Part shown: piece after piece, positions 48,969 through 56,651 of the stretch | How positions within the stretch are numbered: position 1 is the first letter of the stretch | How the letters are laid out: every line of letters starts with the position of its first letter | DNA from: a virus | Taxonomy: Duplodnaviria > Caudoviricetes | DNA: 64,000 nucleotides | Virus record (IMG/VR): IMGVR_UViG_3300033067_000449 | Span: 3,361 to 67,360 of that record | Strand: one strand, 5' to 3' | Notes under the pieces: model-generated | What the model was told of the DNA's origin: nothing | What the model saw: only the letters and a program-made list of their open reading frames with translations | Databases searched by the model: none | Program-made: the position numbers and the translations under genes

Positions 48969-49260
48969 TAGATTAGTCAAAGCTGGGGTCTCAGGTTACA
49001 ACAAACCTAAGGCTACTCCTTCTCATCCCAAGAAGAGTCACATTGTTGTTGCCAAAGAAGGTGACAAAATTAAAACAATTCGATTCGGACAACAAGGGGT
49101 AAAGACTAATCAAACAGTAGGTCAAAGAAAAGCATTTGAATCTCGCCACGCTAAGAATATTTCAAAGGGTAAGATGTCTGCCGCCTATTGGTCCGATAAA
49201 GTAAAGTGGAGTCCAAGCAAAACTGCTTCTCCAAGTAAGAAATGGAAAAAAGGAAGTTAA
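48949..49260 (+). CDS. conserved basic phage protein ('IRFGQQG...RHA...SAAYWS.KVKW' family); start moved to ATG 48949
   Basis: Motif widespread in aquatic phages; overlaps the holin end. Confidence 0.7.
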   Translation: MPLKKDNRLVKAGVSGYNKPKATPSHPKKSHIVVAKEGDKIKTIRFGQQGVKTNQTVGQRKAFESRHAKNISKGKMSAAYWSDKVKWSPSKTASPSKKWKKGS

Positions 49261-49261
49261 T

Positions 49262-49366
49262 ATGTATAACTGTAACTTTGTAGCTAAAAAGCTAGAACAC
49301 AACAACTCAAAACCTACCAAAACAAGCGGTAAGGTTAAAGTATCAAAGAACAAACCAAAGAAATGA
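49262..49366 (+). CDS. small Lys-rich protein (34 aa), not in the ORF track
   Basis: MYNCNFVAKKLEHNNSKPTKTSGKVKVSKNKPKK*; ATGA overlap downstream. Confidence 0.55.
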   Translation: MYNCNFVAKKLEHNNSKPTKTSGKVKVSKNKPKK

Positions 49367-49584
49367 AAAAGAATAATAAACTAGACTACACTGGTATGCA
49401 AAAGAGAATTGCAGAAACCACAGGAACTCCCCCAGCAGGAACACCTGTTTATAGTCGTCCTGCCCCCACAAGATCTTATCAAGACAGTATGGTTGCCTAT
49501 AATAAAATTAAAGGTAAGGCTGCTGGTGCTGAAAATCTTAAACCTAAAGGTGCTCCCAAGACCTTTGTAAAAATGAAAAAATGA
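49363..49584 (+). CDS. small basic protein (73 aa)
   Basis: Lys/Pro-rich; overlap chain. Confidence 0.65.
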   Translation: MKKNNKLDYTGMQKRIAETTGTPPAGTPVYSRPAPTRSYQDSMVAYNKIKGKAAGAENLKPKGAPKTFVKMKK

Positions 49585-49820
49585 TGAAACCAAAAAAACC
49601 TACAATTGGACCAGTTACCAAAAAAGTAGCCAAGAAGGCTGCTCCAAAAGTTCCGATGACAGCATCTGGCACCGAAGTCGCCAAGAAGCAGAAACGAAAG
49701 TCCACAATGACAAAAGTTGCTGGTATGGGAGCTGCCGCTATTGGTGCAGCTGCTGACATGATCAACACCAAGCGTCGTTTGACTGGTAAGTCTTACATCC
49801 CAACAAAAAGAAAACCATAA
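49581..49820 (+). CDS. small very basic protein (79 aa)
   Basis: Lys/Ala-rich, histone-H1-like composition. Confidence 0.65.
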   Translation: MMKPKKPTIGPVTKKVAKKAAPKVPMTASGTEVAKKQKRKSTMTKVAGMGAAAIGAAADMINTKRRLTGKSYIPTKRKP

Positions 49821-49821
49821 G

Positions 49822-50466
49822 ATGCCAAACATTAAAGAAAAGATAAGAGCCGTCAAGACAAGAGCCAAGGCAATCGGTGGTGCCAAGCTGAAAAAGGCAG
49901 GTACTCTTGCTAAGCAGGAGGCCAGAGTTATCACTCGTGACTTTACAACTCGCTATGAGGATAGAAACGTAAACGCTAGCAACGCAGAGAACCGTCAGGC
50001 ACGTGTGAGTGCACGACGTGCAGAGCGCACAAAGCGTATTGCTGACCGCAATAGTACTGGACGTGTTATCAACGAGACTGGAGAGATGCTCGACAGACGC
50101 AAGCGTGTTGCTCGTGAGCAAATCCGTGAGACCTTGTCTCCAAATACGTTCAAGAACAAAACCAAGCGTGAGGTGAACAAGATCATCGACAGTCACCGCA
50201 AGGACATTGCTTCTCGTCCAGTAAATGATGCACAGATGCGTAAGCGTAACGCTAAGTTACAGCAGAATGCGGTAATTGGGCCTTCTGGTCCTGGTGCAGG
50301 CACAGGCAAAGGCGTGTCAGCAGCTGCAATGCAGAACGTATGCCCAGTAACTGCTATGAACGGTGGTAACAAGGGTACTTGCAAACCAAGAGCCTCTAAG
50401 GGATCTGCCACATCATCAAAGGGTATGGTGAAAAAGAAACCAATGATGAAATCAACTAAGAAATGA
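49822..50466 (+). CDS. Arg/Lys-rich protein (214 aa)
   Basis: Very high R+K content; CGT-rich high-expression codons. Confidence 0.7.
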   Translation: MPNIKEKIRAVKTRAKAIGGAKLKKAGTLAKQEARVITRDFTTRYEDRNVNASNAENRQARVSARRAERTKRIADRNSTGRVINETGEMLDRRKRVAREQIRETLSPNTFKNKTKREVNKIIDSHRKDIASRPVNDAQMRKRNAKLQQNAVIGPSGPGAGTGKGVSAAAMQNVCPVTAMNGGNKGTCKPRASKGSATSSKGMVKKKPMMKSTKK

Positions 50467-50663
50467 AAAAACCAATAAAAAAAGCCGTAGGTAAGAAGAT
50501 TTCTGAGTACGGAGGTATGGAGAAGTATACTTCTAAAAAGGCCGAGATGAAGCACGAGAAGAAAGAGGGTAAGAAAGTTGAAGCCAAAGAGAAGATGCTT
50601 TCCAAGTTTGCGTCTGCTGGAGCTAAAGCAGGAATGAAGTCAGCAATGAAAAAGAAAAAATAA
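50463..50663 (+). CDS. small basic protein (66 aa), 'EYGGMEKY.SK..EMKHEK.E' family
   Basis: Lys-rich; overlap chain. Confidence 0.65.
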   Translation: MKKPIKKAVGKKISEYGGMEKYTSKKAEMKHEKKEGKKVEAKEKMLSKFASAGAKAGMKSAMKKKK

Positions 50664-50932
50664 TGGCAACTCCTAAAACCCTTCCTGTCAATTTTGAACA
50701 ATTTCAAAAGAACCCTGTTGCTGCCGTGGCTTTTTGTATGCTTCTGGCTGTTAGCTATTTGTATTTTGACCTGCGTGCGAACAATCAAGAGCAAATTGAT
50801 GAGTGTAGAAAAGAAATGGCGGTGCTTCGTGCAGAACAAAAGCAAGCGTATCGTGCATTGAAAACCGCAGACTCTGCCTTATCCGCAGCGATAACGGAAC
50901 TACGTATCATCAATTCAATGAAGAAGTTATGA
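50663..50932 (+). CDS. single-TM coiled-coil membrane protein (holin- or spanin-like, uncertain)
   Basis: TM 'AAVAFCMLLAVSYLYF' followed by a coiled coil. Confidence 0.55.
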   Translation: MATPKTLPVNFEQFQKNPVAAVAFCMLLAVSYLYFDLRANNQEQIDECRKEMAVLRAEQKQAYRALKTADSALSAAITELRIINSMKKL

Positions 50933-51375
50933 AAAAACTCCTTTGGATTTTTGTAATCTTGTTTATGGGTGGTTACATCTTCACTGCGAGTTGGGCAGTA
51001 GAGCCAGCACCAATCAATGAGATGGATGCTTTGCTGAAGAAGATTCAACAGAACACCAAAGCAGTAGGTCAAGCAACCAAGGCTGCTCACGAGGTAAGCG
51101 AGAAGATGGTTGAGGCAAAGGTTGAAGAGAAAGAAGAACTGAAAGAAGCTGTTGTTGTTGCAGAAGCAAAGGTTGAAAAAGTACAGGAGGTGATGCAGAA
51201 GATGGAGGAGAAGGTTGAGTTTTATGCCGTTAAGATGATTGGTAGCGGAGTAGACACTTCGTTCCAAGAAGTATCTTTCGGAGGTCCTATCTACGAAGCG
51301 TATCTGAATTACGTAGAAGAAGGCGGTAAAGAAGATTTTGAATGGTTTAGATTATACTTATGGCAACCAAAGTAA
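50929..51375 (+). CDS. signal-anchored coiled-coil protein
   Basis: 'MKKLLWIFVILFMGGYIFTASWA' then an E/K/A-rich coiled coil. Confidence 0.6.
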   Translation: MKKLLWIFVILFMGGYIFTASWAVEPAPINEMDALLKKIQQNTKAVGQATKAAHEVSEKMVEAKVEEKEELKEAVVVAEAKVEKVQEVMQKMEEKVEFYAVKMIGSGVDTSFQEVSFGGPIYEAYLNYVEEGGKEDFEWFRLYLWQPK

Positions 51376-51482
51376 AAAGTAACGCATCTACGTTTAGAGC
51401 AAAACCACGAGTTAAACTTCGTAGGCACACTAAACACAAGAATAAGCACAAGAGTACAAAACCCTATAACCGTCAAGGATAA
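51360..51482 (+). CDS. small very basic peptide (40 aa), not in the ORF track
   Basis: MATKVKSNASTFRAKPRVKLRRHTKHKNKHKSTKPYNRQG*; TAATG overlap with the next gene. Confidence 0.65.
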   Translation: MATKVKSNASTFRAKPRVKLRRHTKHKNKHKSTKPYNRQG

Positions 51483-51826
51483 TGAAAGACGCTTGTTACT
51501 CAAAAGTCAAAGCACAATACGATGTGTTCCCTTCAGCTAGGGCATCTCAAGCAATTGCAAAGTGTAGAAAGTCAAAGGGTCAAGTAAAAAAGACAAAGGC
51601 GGGCTCAGATCTAAAGAGATGGGGTGCAGAGAAGTGGGTAGACACCAAGAGCGGTAAAGCATGTGGTGCAGGAGGAAAGAATGAATATTGTCGTCCTTCG
51701 AAAAGAGTAAGTTCTAAAACTCCAGTAACTAAATCAGAACTGAGCCCATCGAAACTCGCAGCAAAGAAAGCTGAGAAGTCAAGGGTTGGAATGGGTAAAC
51801 GAGTTACTAACGTAAAGAAAAAATGA
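51482..51826 (+). CDS. conserved basic phage protein (DUF5872-like)
   Basis: 'DACYSKVKAQYDVFPSARASQAIAKCRK', 'LKRWGAEKWVD', 'YCRPSKRVSSKTP'. Confidence 0.7.
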   Translation: MKDACYSKVKAQYDVFPSARASQAIAKCRKSKGQVKKTKAGSDLKRWGAEKWVDTKSGKACGAGGKNEYCRPSKRVSSKTPVTKSELSPSKLAAKKAEKSRVGMGKRVTNVKKK

Positions 51827-51939
51827 CGGAAGGTTTCCTATTTGGTGTTTTATTCGTTACCTTTACAGTAGGAATATCATATATTTTAGGGGAAATAATA
51901 GAAAAGAGAGATGAAAAACAAAATCGTAGGGAAGAATAA
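51823..51939 (+). CDS. small single-TM peptide (38 aa), not in the ORF track
   Basis: MTEGFLFGVLFVTFTVGISYILGEIIEKRDEKQNRREE*; ATGA overlap. Confidence 0.5.
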   Translation: MTEGFLFGVLFVTFTVGISYILGEIIEKRDEKQNRREE

Positions 51940-52177
51940 AAGACCATCTTCAAATAAAGCCACAGGACGCGATTACAGCTACGATAAGGAATATCAGAAG
52001 GGCAAGGTAGCATATCGTCAAGAACTTAACGCAGAGGCCCGCAAAAGGGGTATTTATGGTAAGAGAGCAACTAAGGGTGTAGACCTCTCTCACAAGAAGG
52101 ATGGAAAGATGGTATTAGAAAAGAAAAGTACCAACCGTGCCCGTCAGGGATCTAACGGTAAGTCTACTAAAAAGTAA
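51911..52177 (+). CDS. basic protein, possibly a degenerate HNH-like family ('RDYSYDKEYQ...G.D.SH..DG.M....NRAR')
   Basis: Motif pattern; last plus-strand gene, convergent with the terminase. Confidence 0.6.
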   Translation: MKNKIVGKNKRPSSNKATGRDYSYDKEYQKGKVAYRQELNAEARKRGIYGKRATKGVDLSHKKDGKMVLEKKSTNRARQGSNGKSTKK

Positions 52178-53981
52178 CCTCTCTCCAGACTTTCATTGCC
52201 TTTCCATTCTGATATACAATCATTGGAATGGTTTTCTTCTGAGGTGCAGCATCAACTTTCTTCTTGAGTTTCTCCATCAGATCTTTGTGATAGATTTCAC
52301 AACCAACCACAGCATCCAACAAATCCGTATTCTCAGTAATGTAGACCTTTGCTTCTTCAATCATCTGAATCAAATAAACTGACTCAAAATTCTTACGAAG
52401 ATAATCAATCAAATAAGCGTTGGCTCTTTCTGCAGTGTGGTCATTCTTATACCAACCATAAGGTCTGTCTTTACTCAAGAATGTTTTTCCTAAGTTTCTT
52501 GGTGACGGAGCCAACAAATCTTGACGATTGTTTGTTCTGTATGTATCCAAGATAACACCACCTCGGTTAATCTCAATCATAACCTTTGCTCCACCGAAGT
52601 AATCTTGTAGGTTGATGTTGTTGGTCATAATCAAATCTGGATCGGCTGCTCTTTCTTTGTAGAATCCAACGTATGTATTTGTGTCTAAGTTCTTGATTGC
52701 TATGCAGTTATCAGAACCATCTCCTAGTTTAGACGAAATAAATGGAATCGGGTCCATCCCCGCAATATACTTGTGGTTGGGATTGTATCTTTCTAGAAGA
52801 GTAAACTTTCCTTCTTTGTCTGGCTTTACTTGTAATTCACCGTTGATGTCCTTGTAAATCATACACTTTTCAATCGGTGGGGGCTCAGACAAAATAATCC
52901 TTTCCTGCTGATTCAACTTATGAATAACATCAACAGGCAATGCACCATGAGACGTAGAAGAGAACACCTCATTGATATCCAACGGATACTGCTTAATGAA
53001 TGAGTTCAAGAATGACTTATCCTCAATTTTATCTAACTTCTCACGAGTCTTATTAATCCACTCTGTTGCTCCCTCAATATCAGAATAGCCATTAGGACAG
53101 AAGTTAAGAATCTTTCCTGTCTCTCTACCGTCTCCGTCAATCTCTGGTGCTTCCATAATTCCCATGTTTCCAGGAAGAAATACAGTAAGCAAGTTAAGAT
53201 TCTCAGCGTTCTTCCAAAGATTGTTTGCAAGTTTCTGTCCGATAGATGTAGATTCACCCGCACTACCACCAATTACAATGGGCGCAACCTTAACGAAACC
53301 AGATTTAACGCTCGCCTGTGCTGACTTGTATACTTGGTCTGCTTTAGGATGAAGAAACGCCTCGTCAAGAAAACAATGCATCGCACGATACGCCTCAAGT
53401 GCAGTTGGAGTGTCAACTGTTTCACGAGTTACAATCTGTGAATCCAATCCACTAATCTCACCTGTCTTTTGGTCTTTTACTCCCATGTGAAGATAACCAA
53501 CCTGACGAGTTGAGATAACGCTTGGTTTTACATAAGGGTCAAGGTTATCGTAAATTACACGTGTCTTTTCCTTGTATAAGTTCTCAAGACGAGTTTTATC
53601 TGCGCTGGTAATCAGTGAAGTTGAACCTGGGTTTGTCAATGCAATCCACATTGGTGCAACTCCACCGAATATCAACGAAAGACCAATCTCACGACGTTTA
53701 CTTACAAACAAATCGTGATTCGTTCTACGTGCTTCTTCATATGCCTCATAGATCAGTTCATCTACATCTCTCCAAATAGGACGCTTTCTGAATCCACGAG
53801 CATCCTTGATAAAGCACTGGGTAAGAGCAAAATAATGAATACCAGTCAGACCATCTCTACCATCAATCCAATACTCTCTTTCATTTCCCCACCAAATATC
53901 TTTCTCTTTCTTAGTGGCATGTGGATTAAGAGCGTTCTTTGCTGCCCATAAATCGTATTCAAATCTTGCTGCTTTTGTCAT
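52167..53981 (-). CDS. terL: terminase large subunit
   Basis: Walker A-like 'SKRREIGLS', Walker B 'CFLDEAF', coupling 'IGGSAG', nuclease 'AGMDPI...SDN', 'EINRG', 'DLLDAV'. Confidence 0.88.
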   Translation of the reverse strand: MTKAARFEYDLWAAKNALNPHATKKEKDIWWGNEREYWIDGRDGLTGIHYFALTQCFIKDARGFRKRPIWRDVDELIYEAYEEARRTNHDLFVSKRREIGLSLIFGGVAPMWIALTNPGSTSLITSADKTRLENLYKEKTRVIYDNLDPYVKPSVISTRQVGYLHMGVKDQKTGEISGLDSQIVTRETVDTPTALEAYRAMHCFLDEAFLHPKADQVYKSAQASVKSGFVKVAPIVIGGSAGESTSIGQKLANNLWKNAENLNLLTVFLPGNMGIMEAPEIDGDGRETGKILNFCPNGYSDIEGATEWINKTREKLDKIEDKSFLNSFIKQYPLDINEVFSSTSHGALPVDVIHKLNQQERIILSEPPPIEKCMIYKDINGELQVKPDKEGKFTLLERYNPNHKYIAGMDPIPFISSKLGDGSDNCIAIKNLDTNTYVGFYKERAADPDLIMTNNINLQDYFGGAKVMIEINRGGVILDTYRTNNRQDLLAPSPRNLGKTFLSKDRPYGWYKNDHTAERANAYLIDYLRKNFESVYLIQMIEEAKVYITENTDLLDAVVGCEIYHKDLMEKLKKKVDAAPQKKTIPMIVYQNGKAMKVWREVTF

Positions 53982-54298
53982 CTTTTCTTTCCAATCGTTC
54001 TGTCTAAGAATGAAACCGTATCGTCAATGATATCTTCTTCAGGATAGGCTTCTAACTTAGCTAATTTCAATGACTTATTGATTTTGTCTCCTGCTTGTAA
54101 CAACTGAAACAATCCCTTTTGGTAGTCATCATCCAAGTTTAATGTCTTGTTCTTTACGGCATCCATTAACTGTTTTGAAGCCGATACCAGTGTAGAATAG
54201 AAATCTTTAGCAGGATCTGTGTCCTGTAAACTAATCCTCTCAATGGCATCAGCTTCAGATATTTTATTTTCCTTTAGGAACTTTTGAAGTTTTTCCAT
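53978..54298 (-). CDS. putative terminase small subunit
   Basis: Helical 106-aa protein overlapping the terL start (ATGA). Confidence 0.45.
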   Translation of the reverse strand: MEKLQKFLKENKISEADAIERISLQDTDPAKDFYSTLVSASKQLMDAVKNKTLNLDDDYQKGLFQLLQAGDKINKSLKLAKLEAYPEEDIIDDTVSFLDRTIGKKR

Positions 54299-54464
54299 CT
54301 TTGATAGCTTTTATCTTTTTCTTTTGGGCTTCTATCTGCTTCTGAGCCTTGTTCTTAGACTCTTCGTTTTGAGTCTGTTCATAGAATTCCCACCATCCGA
54401 AAAGCTTTTCGAGTTCTTTTACTTCTTTATTTATATTCGCCATAAGTTTATTGCTGTTTTCCAA
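54264..54464 (-). CDS. hypothetical coiled-coil protein (66 aa)
   Basis: ORF track; overlap chain. Confidence 0.55.
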   Translation of the reverse strand: MENSNKLMANINKEVKELEKLFGWWEFYEQTQNEESKNKAQKQIEAQKKKIKAIKDGKTSKVPKGK

Positions 54465-54820
54465 AATTCTAAATCAAATTCTAACATATCTCCTTCGATG
54501 ATTTCCCACTTCAGGGATTTCATAATCTTAAATAAGTTAGCAAGTGCGTGTAATTGTGCTACTGAGGGATTACTTACATATTTGTAATCTCCATTTACTC
54601 CTCCGTGTATTGCTAGGTGAATTTCAGTCTGGGGTTTCAGAGCATGAATCTTTCCTTCTCTATCTAGGAAGTGAGTAAACAAATCTTCCTTGTGTCCTAA
54701 TCCCCCTACATGATAAGTAGGAGTATCAAGTTTTGGTTTCTTACGAGCATACTCCAACACCTCAGAAGCAACTAGTCTGTCTTCGGGTCTTGTGTATGTC
54801 CAATAGACGTAGAGTTTCAT
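54431..54820 (-). CDS. degenerate T7-lysozyme-type amidase (Amidase_2 fold) lacking the Zn ligands
   Basis: Aligns by eye to T7 gp3.5: LYVYWTYTRP/IFVHCSATKP, HFLDREGKIH/HFIIKRDGTVE, LAIHGG...NPSVAQLHAL/VCLVGG...NFTPAQMQSL, EFDLEFW/SFDLKRW. Confidence 0.7.
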   Translation of the reverse strand: MKLYVYWTYTRPEDRLVASEVLEYARKKPKLDTPTYHVGGLGHKEDLFTHFLDREGKIHALKPQTEIHLAIHGGVNGDYKYVSNPSVAQLHALANLFKIMKSLKWEIIEGDMLEFDLEFWKTAINLWRI

Positions 54821-54823
54821 AAC

Positions 54824-55108
54824 TTAAAGTTTAGACCAAAGGTTTTTGGTTTCACCAGCATACACAGCGTTCGGATGAACGAATTCTTCCTTTTCTGTAT
54901 TGTGGTCAATCATCTTTTGTAGATACCACATTGCTTTCTTCATATCCTCAACTCCACCCTTTTCCTCGCAACGCCAAATGTATTTAATGATGTTTGCAGT
55001 ACAAATCGCATCCAATCCTTTCTTGTTGATTGTTGCTGATTCAAGCGCATCAATGCACTCGATTTTTCCCTGCTTATAGTGTGATGGGTTAATGTTATCT
55101 TTCGTCAT
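54824..55108 (-). CDS. DUF3310 (T7 gp1.7-like nucleotide kinase family) protein
   Basis: 'DNINPSHYKQGKIECIDA...NIIKYIWR...KGGVEDMKKAMWYL'. Confidence 0.85.
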   Translation of the reverse strand: MTKDNINPSHYKQGKIECIDALESATINKKGLDAICTANIIKYIWRCEEKGGVEDMKKAMWYLQKMIDHNTEKEEFVHPNAVYAGETKNLWSKL

Positions 55109-56112
55109 AAAATTTGTCCGTTAATGATTTTGAAGTTCTCAACGTGGAAGGTAAGGTCTTCGTGAACTGTAACGTAAGCAAATCCATTGGCCCATTTTGT
55201 GAATGCGTATGGACGATAGTCAGGACTTAAGTTACACAAGCAACCCATTGACCAAACACCAACTTGTTCTCCACGCAAATTACTTTCAGAGTGATGAGAA
55301 ACTTGATGATAGTGACCTACGATAGTAGAAGCCTTAGCTTTCAAGAACATACCGCGAGCAGGGTTTACGGGTGAGAATACCGATTCTCCCAATTCGTGAC
55401 CGTGTAATACTGTCAGTTTACCCAAGTTAATCATTTCTCTGTTGACAGGAATAATTCTGTATTCGTCTAACCGCAACAATGATTCCAAACTGATGTCGTT
55501 CAAGTCTGCCAATTCACGAGCATTTCTCAAAACATAGGCTCGCATTCTTTCTTCGTGGTTTCCGATCTTGTAGAAGATGGCTTGTGTTGGGAACAACTCT
55601 CTCAAGTACTTGAAGAAGTTTCTACCCATTTCCAATTCTTCTGAAATCTTGGGCCTCCGAATCTCCTTAGAGAAACGAGATACATCATAACAATCCAAGA
55701 TATCGCCATTAAGAATAATCGTATCTACTTCGTGAGATACTCCGTACTCTAATGCAGCAGCAAGTGCATCTTCGTCATGAAAGGGTAAATGGATGTCAGA
55801 TAGGATAAGATACTTACCTTTTCCCAAATTAACAGGCTCCATGTTTTCAGCCTTTGAAACAATATTCAATTTGGCTAATCCTTCTTTTACTGACGAGTGG
55901 TTGGTTAACGTTTTATGTCCAGAAGATTCAGCAGATTTTCTATGTGTTTCTCCCATTGCTCCTTTGTAGTATCTAACCATTCCTCTTGCGCTTTCTACGT
56001 CAACGAATAGACCTTCTTCTTTTGTAAAAATTAAACTAGCCAACGTCTTGTTTGGCAAATCAGGGAATTGAGCGATATAGCTTAGTACTATATCTTGCTT
56101 TGTTGATTTCAT
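55105..56112 (-). CDS. calcineurin-like metallophosphoesterase (start moved to ATG 56112)
   Basis: 'SDIH', 'NGDILD', 'GNHE', 'HGH', 'GHYH' motifs. Confidence 0.88.
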   Translation of the reverse strand: MKSTKQDIVLSYIAQFPDLPNKTLASLIFTKEEGLFVDVESARGMVRYYKGAMGETHRKSAESSGHKTLTNHSSVKEGLAKLNIVSKAENMEPVNLGKGKYLILSDIHLPFHDEDALAAALEYGVSHEVDTIILNGDILDCYDVSRFSKEIRRPKISEELEMGRNFFKYLRELFPTQAIFYKIGNHEERMRAYVLRNARELADLNDISLESLLRLDEYRIIPVNREMINLGKLTVLHGHELGESVFSPVNPARGMFLKAKASTIVGHYHQVSHHSESNLRGEQVGVWSMGCLCNLSPDYRPYAFTKWANGFAYVTVHEDLTFHVENFKIINGQIL

Positions 56113-56516
56113 TTCTTTAAGAATATGGTTGCAATAATACCAATTAAAAACGAAATAACCAAATACCACCAGTTGATTTTGTCGATGTAGGCAACTCTTC
56201 CTGGTACTTTTACTTCGTAAGGTATTGTGTCTCTGAAAGTTATAGTGTCGGGCTTAACTGTAACACCAAAGAAGTTGCCCTTCCTTTCGATAATTAACTT
56301 CTTGGTTTCAATGATTGTGTCGTGTTCGATGATAAAAGAATCTCTGTATTCTGGTACAGGAACTTTAGTTTCTTTAATGATTGTGTCTTTTACGATTACC
56401 GTATCAGTCTCGACTAAATGCGGATATTTGCGTATCAGTTTGTCATACCTCTGCTTTGGAGTTCCACACGAAATTAACGTAATCATAATTACGATAAATA
56501 ATATTGCTTTTTTCAT
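56109..56516 (-). CDS. unimolecular spanin (putative)
   Basis: N-terminal lipoprotein signal with lipobox 'LISC', beta-rich middle, C-terminal TM 'WWYLVISFLIGIIATIF' plus KK. Confidence 0.7.
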   Translation of the reverse strand: MKKAILFIVIMITLISCGTPKQRYDKLIRKYPHLVETDTVIVKDTIIKETKVPVPEYRDSFIIEHDTIIETKKLIIERKGNFFGVTVKPDTITFRDTIPYEVKVPGRVAYIDKINWWYLVISFLIGIIATIFLKK

Positions 56517-56520
56517 AGTG

Positions 56521-56528
56521 CAAATATA
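56521..56528 (-). promoter_or_regulatory. promoter -7 element TATATTTG, 4 nt before the u-spanin ATG
   Basis: Consensus match; heads the spanin-to-terminase operon. Confidence 0.6.
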
Positions 56529-56579
56529 AGATTTAAACCTATAGGTTTATTATAGTCAATCTGTTTTGAACTTAAAAGT

Positions 56580-56603
56580 AAAAGGGGCAGCCGTAGCCAC
56601 CCC
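56580..56603 (-). terminator. intrinsic terminator after the RNR gene
   Basis: Minus strand GGGGTGGC-TACG-GCTGCCCC-TTTT. Confidence 0.7.
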
Positions 56604-56651
56604 CTAAACCCCTAATTAATAAAATATGAAACAGTACAAATATAATAACAA

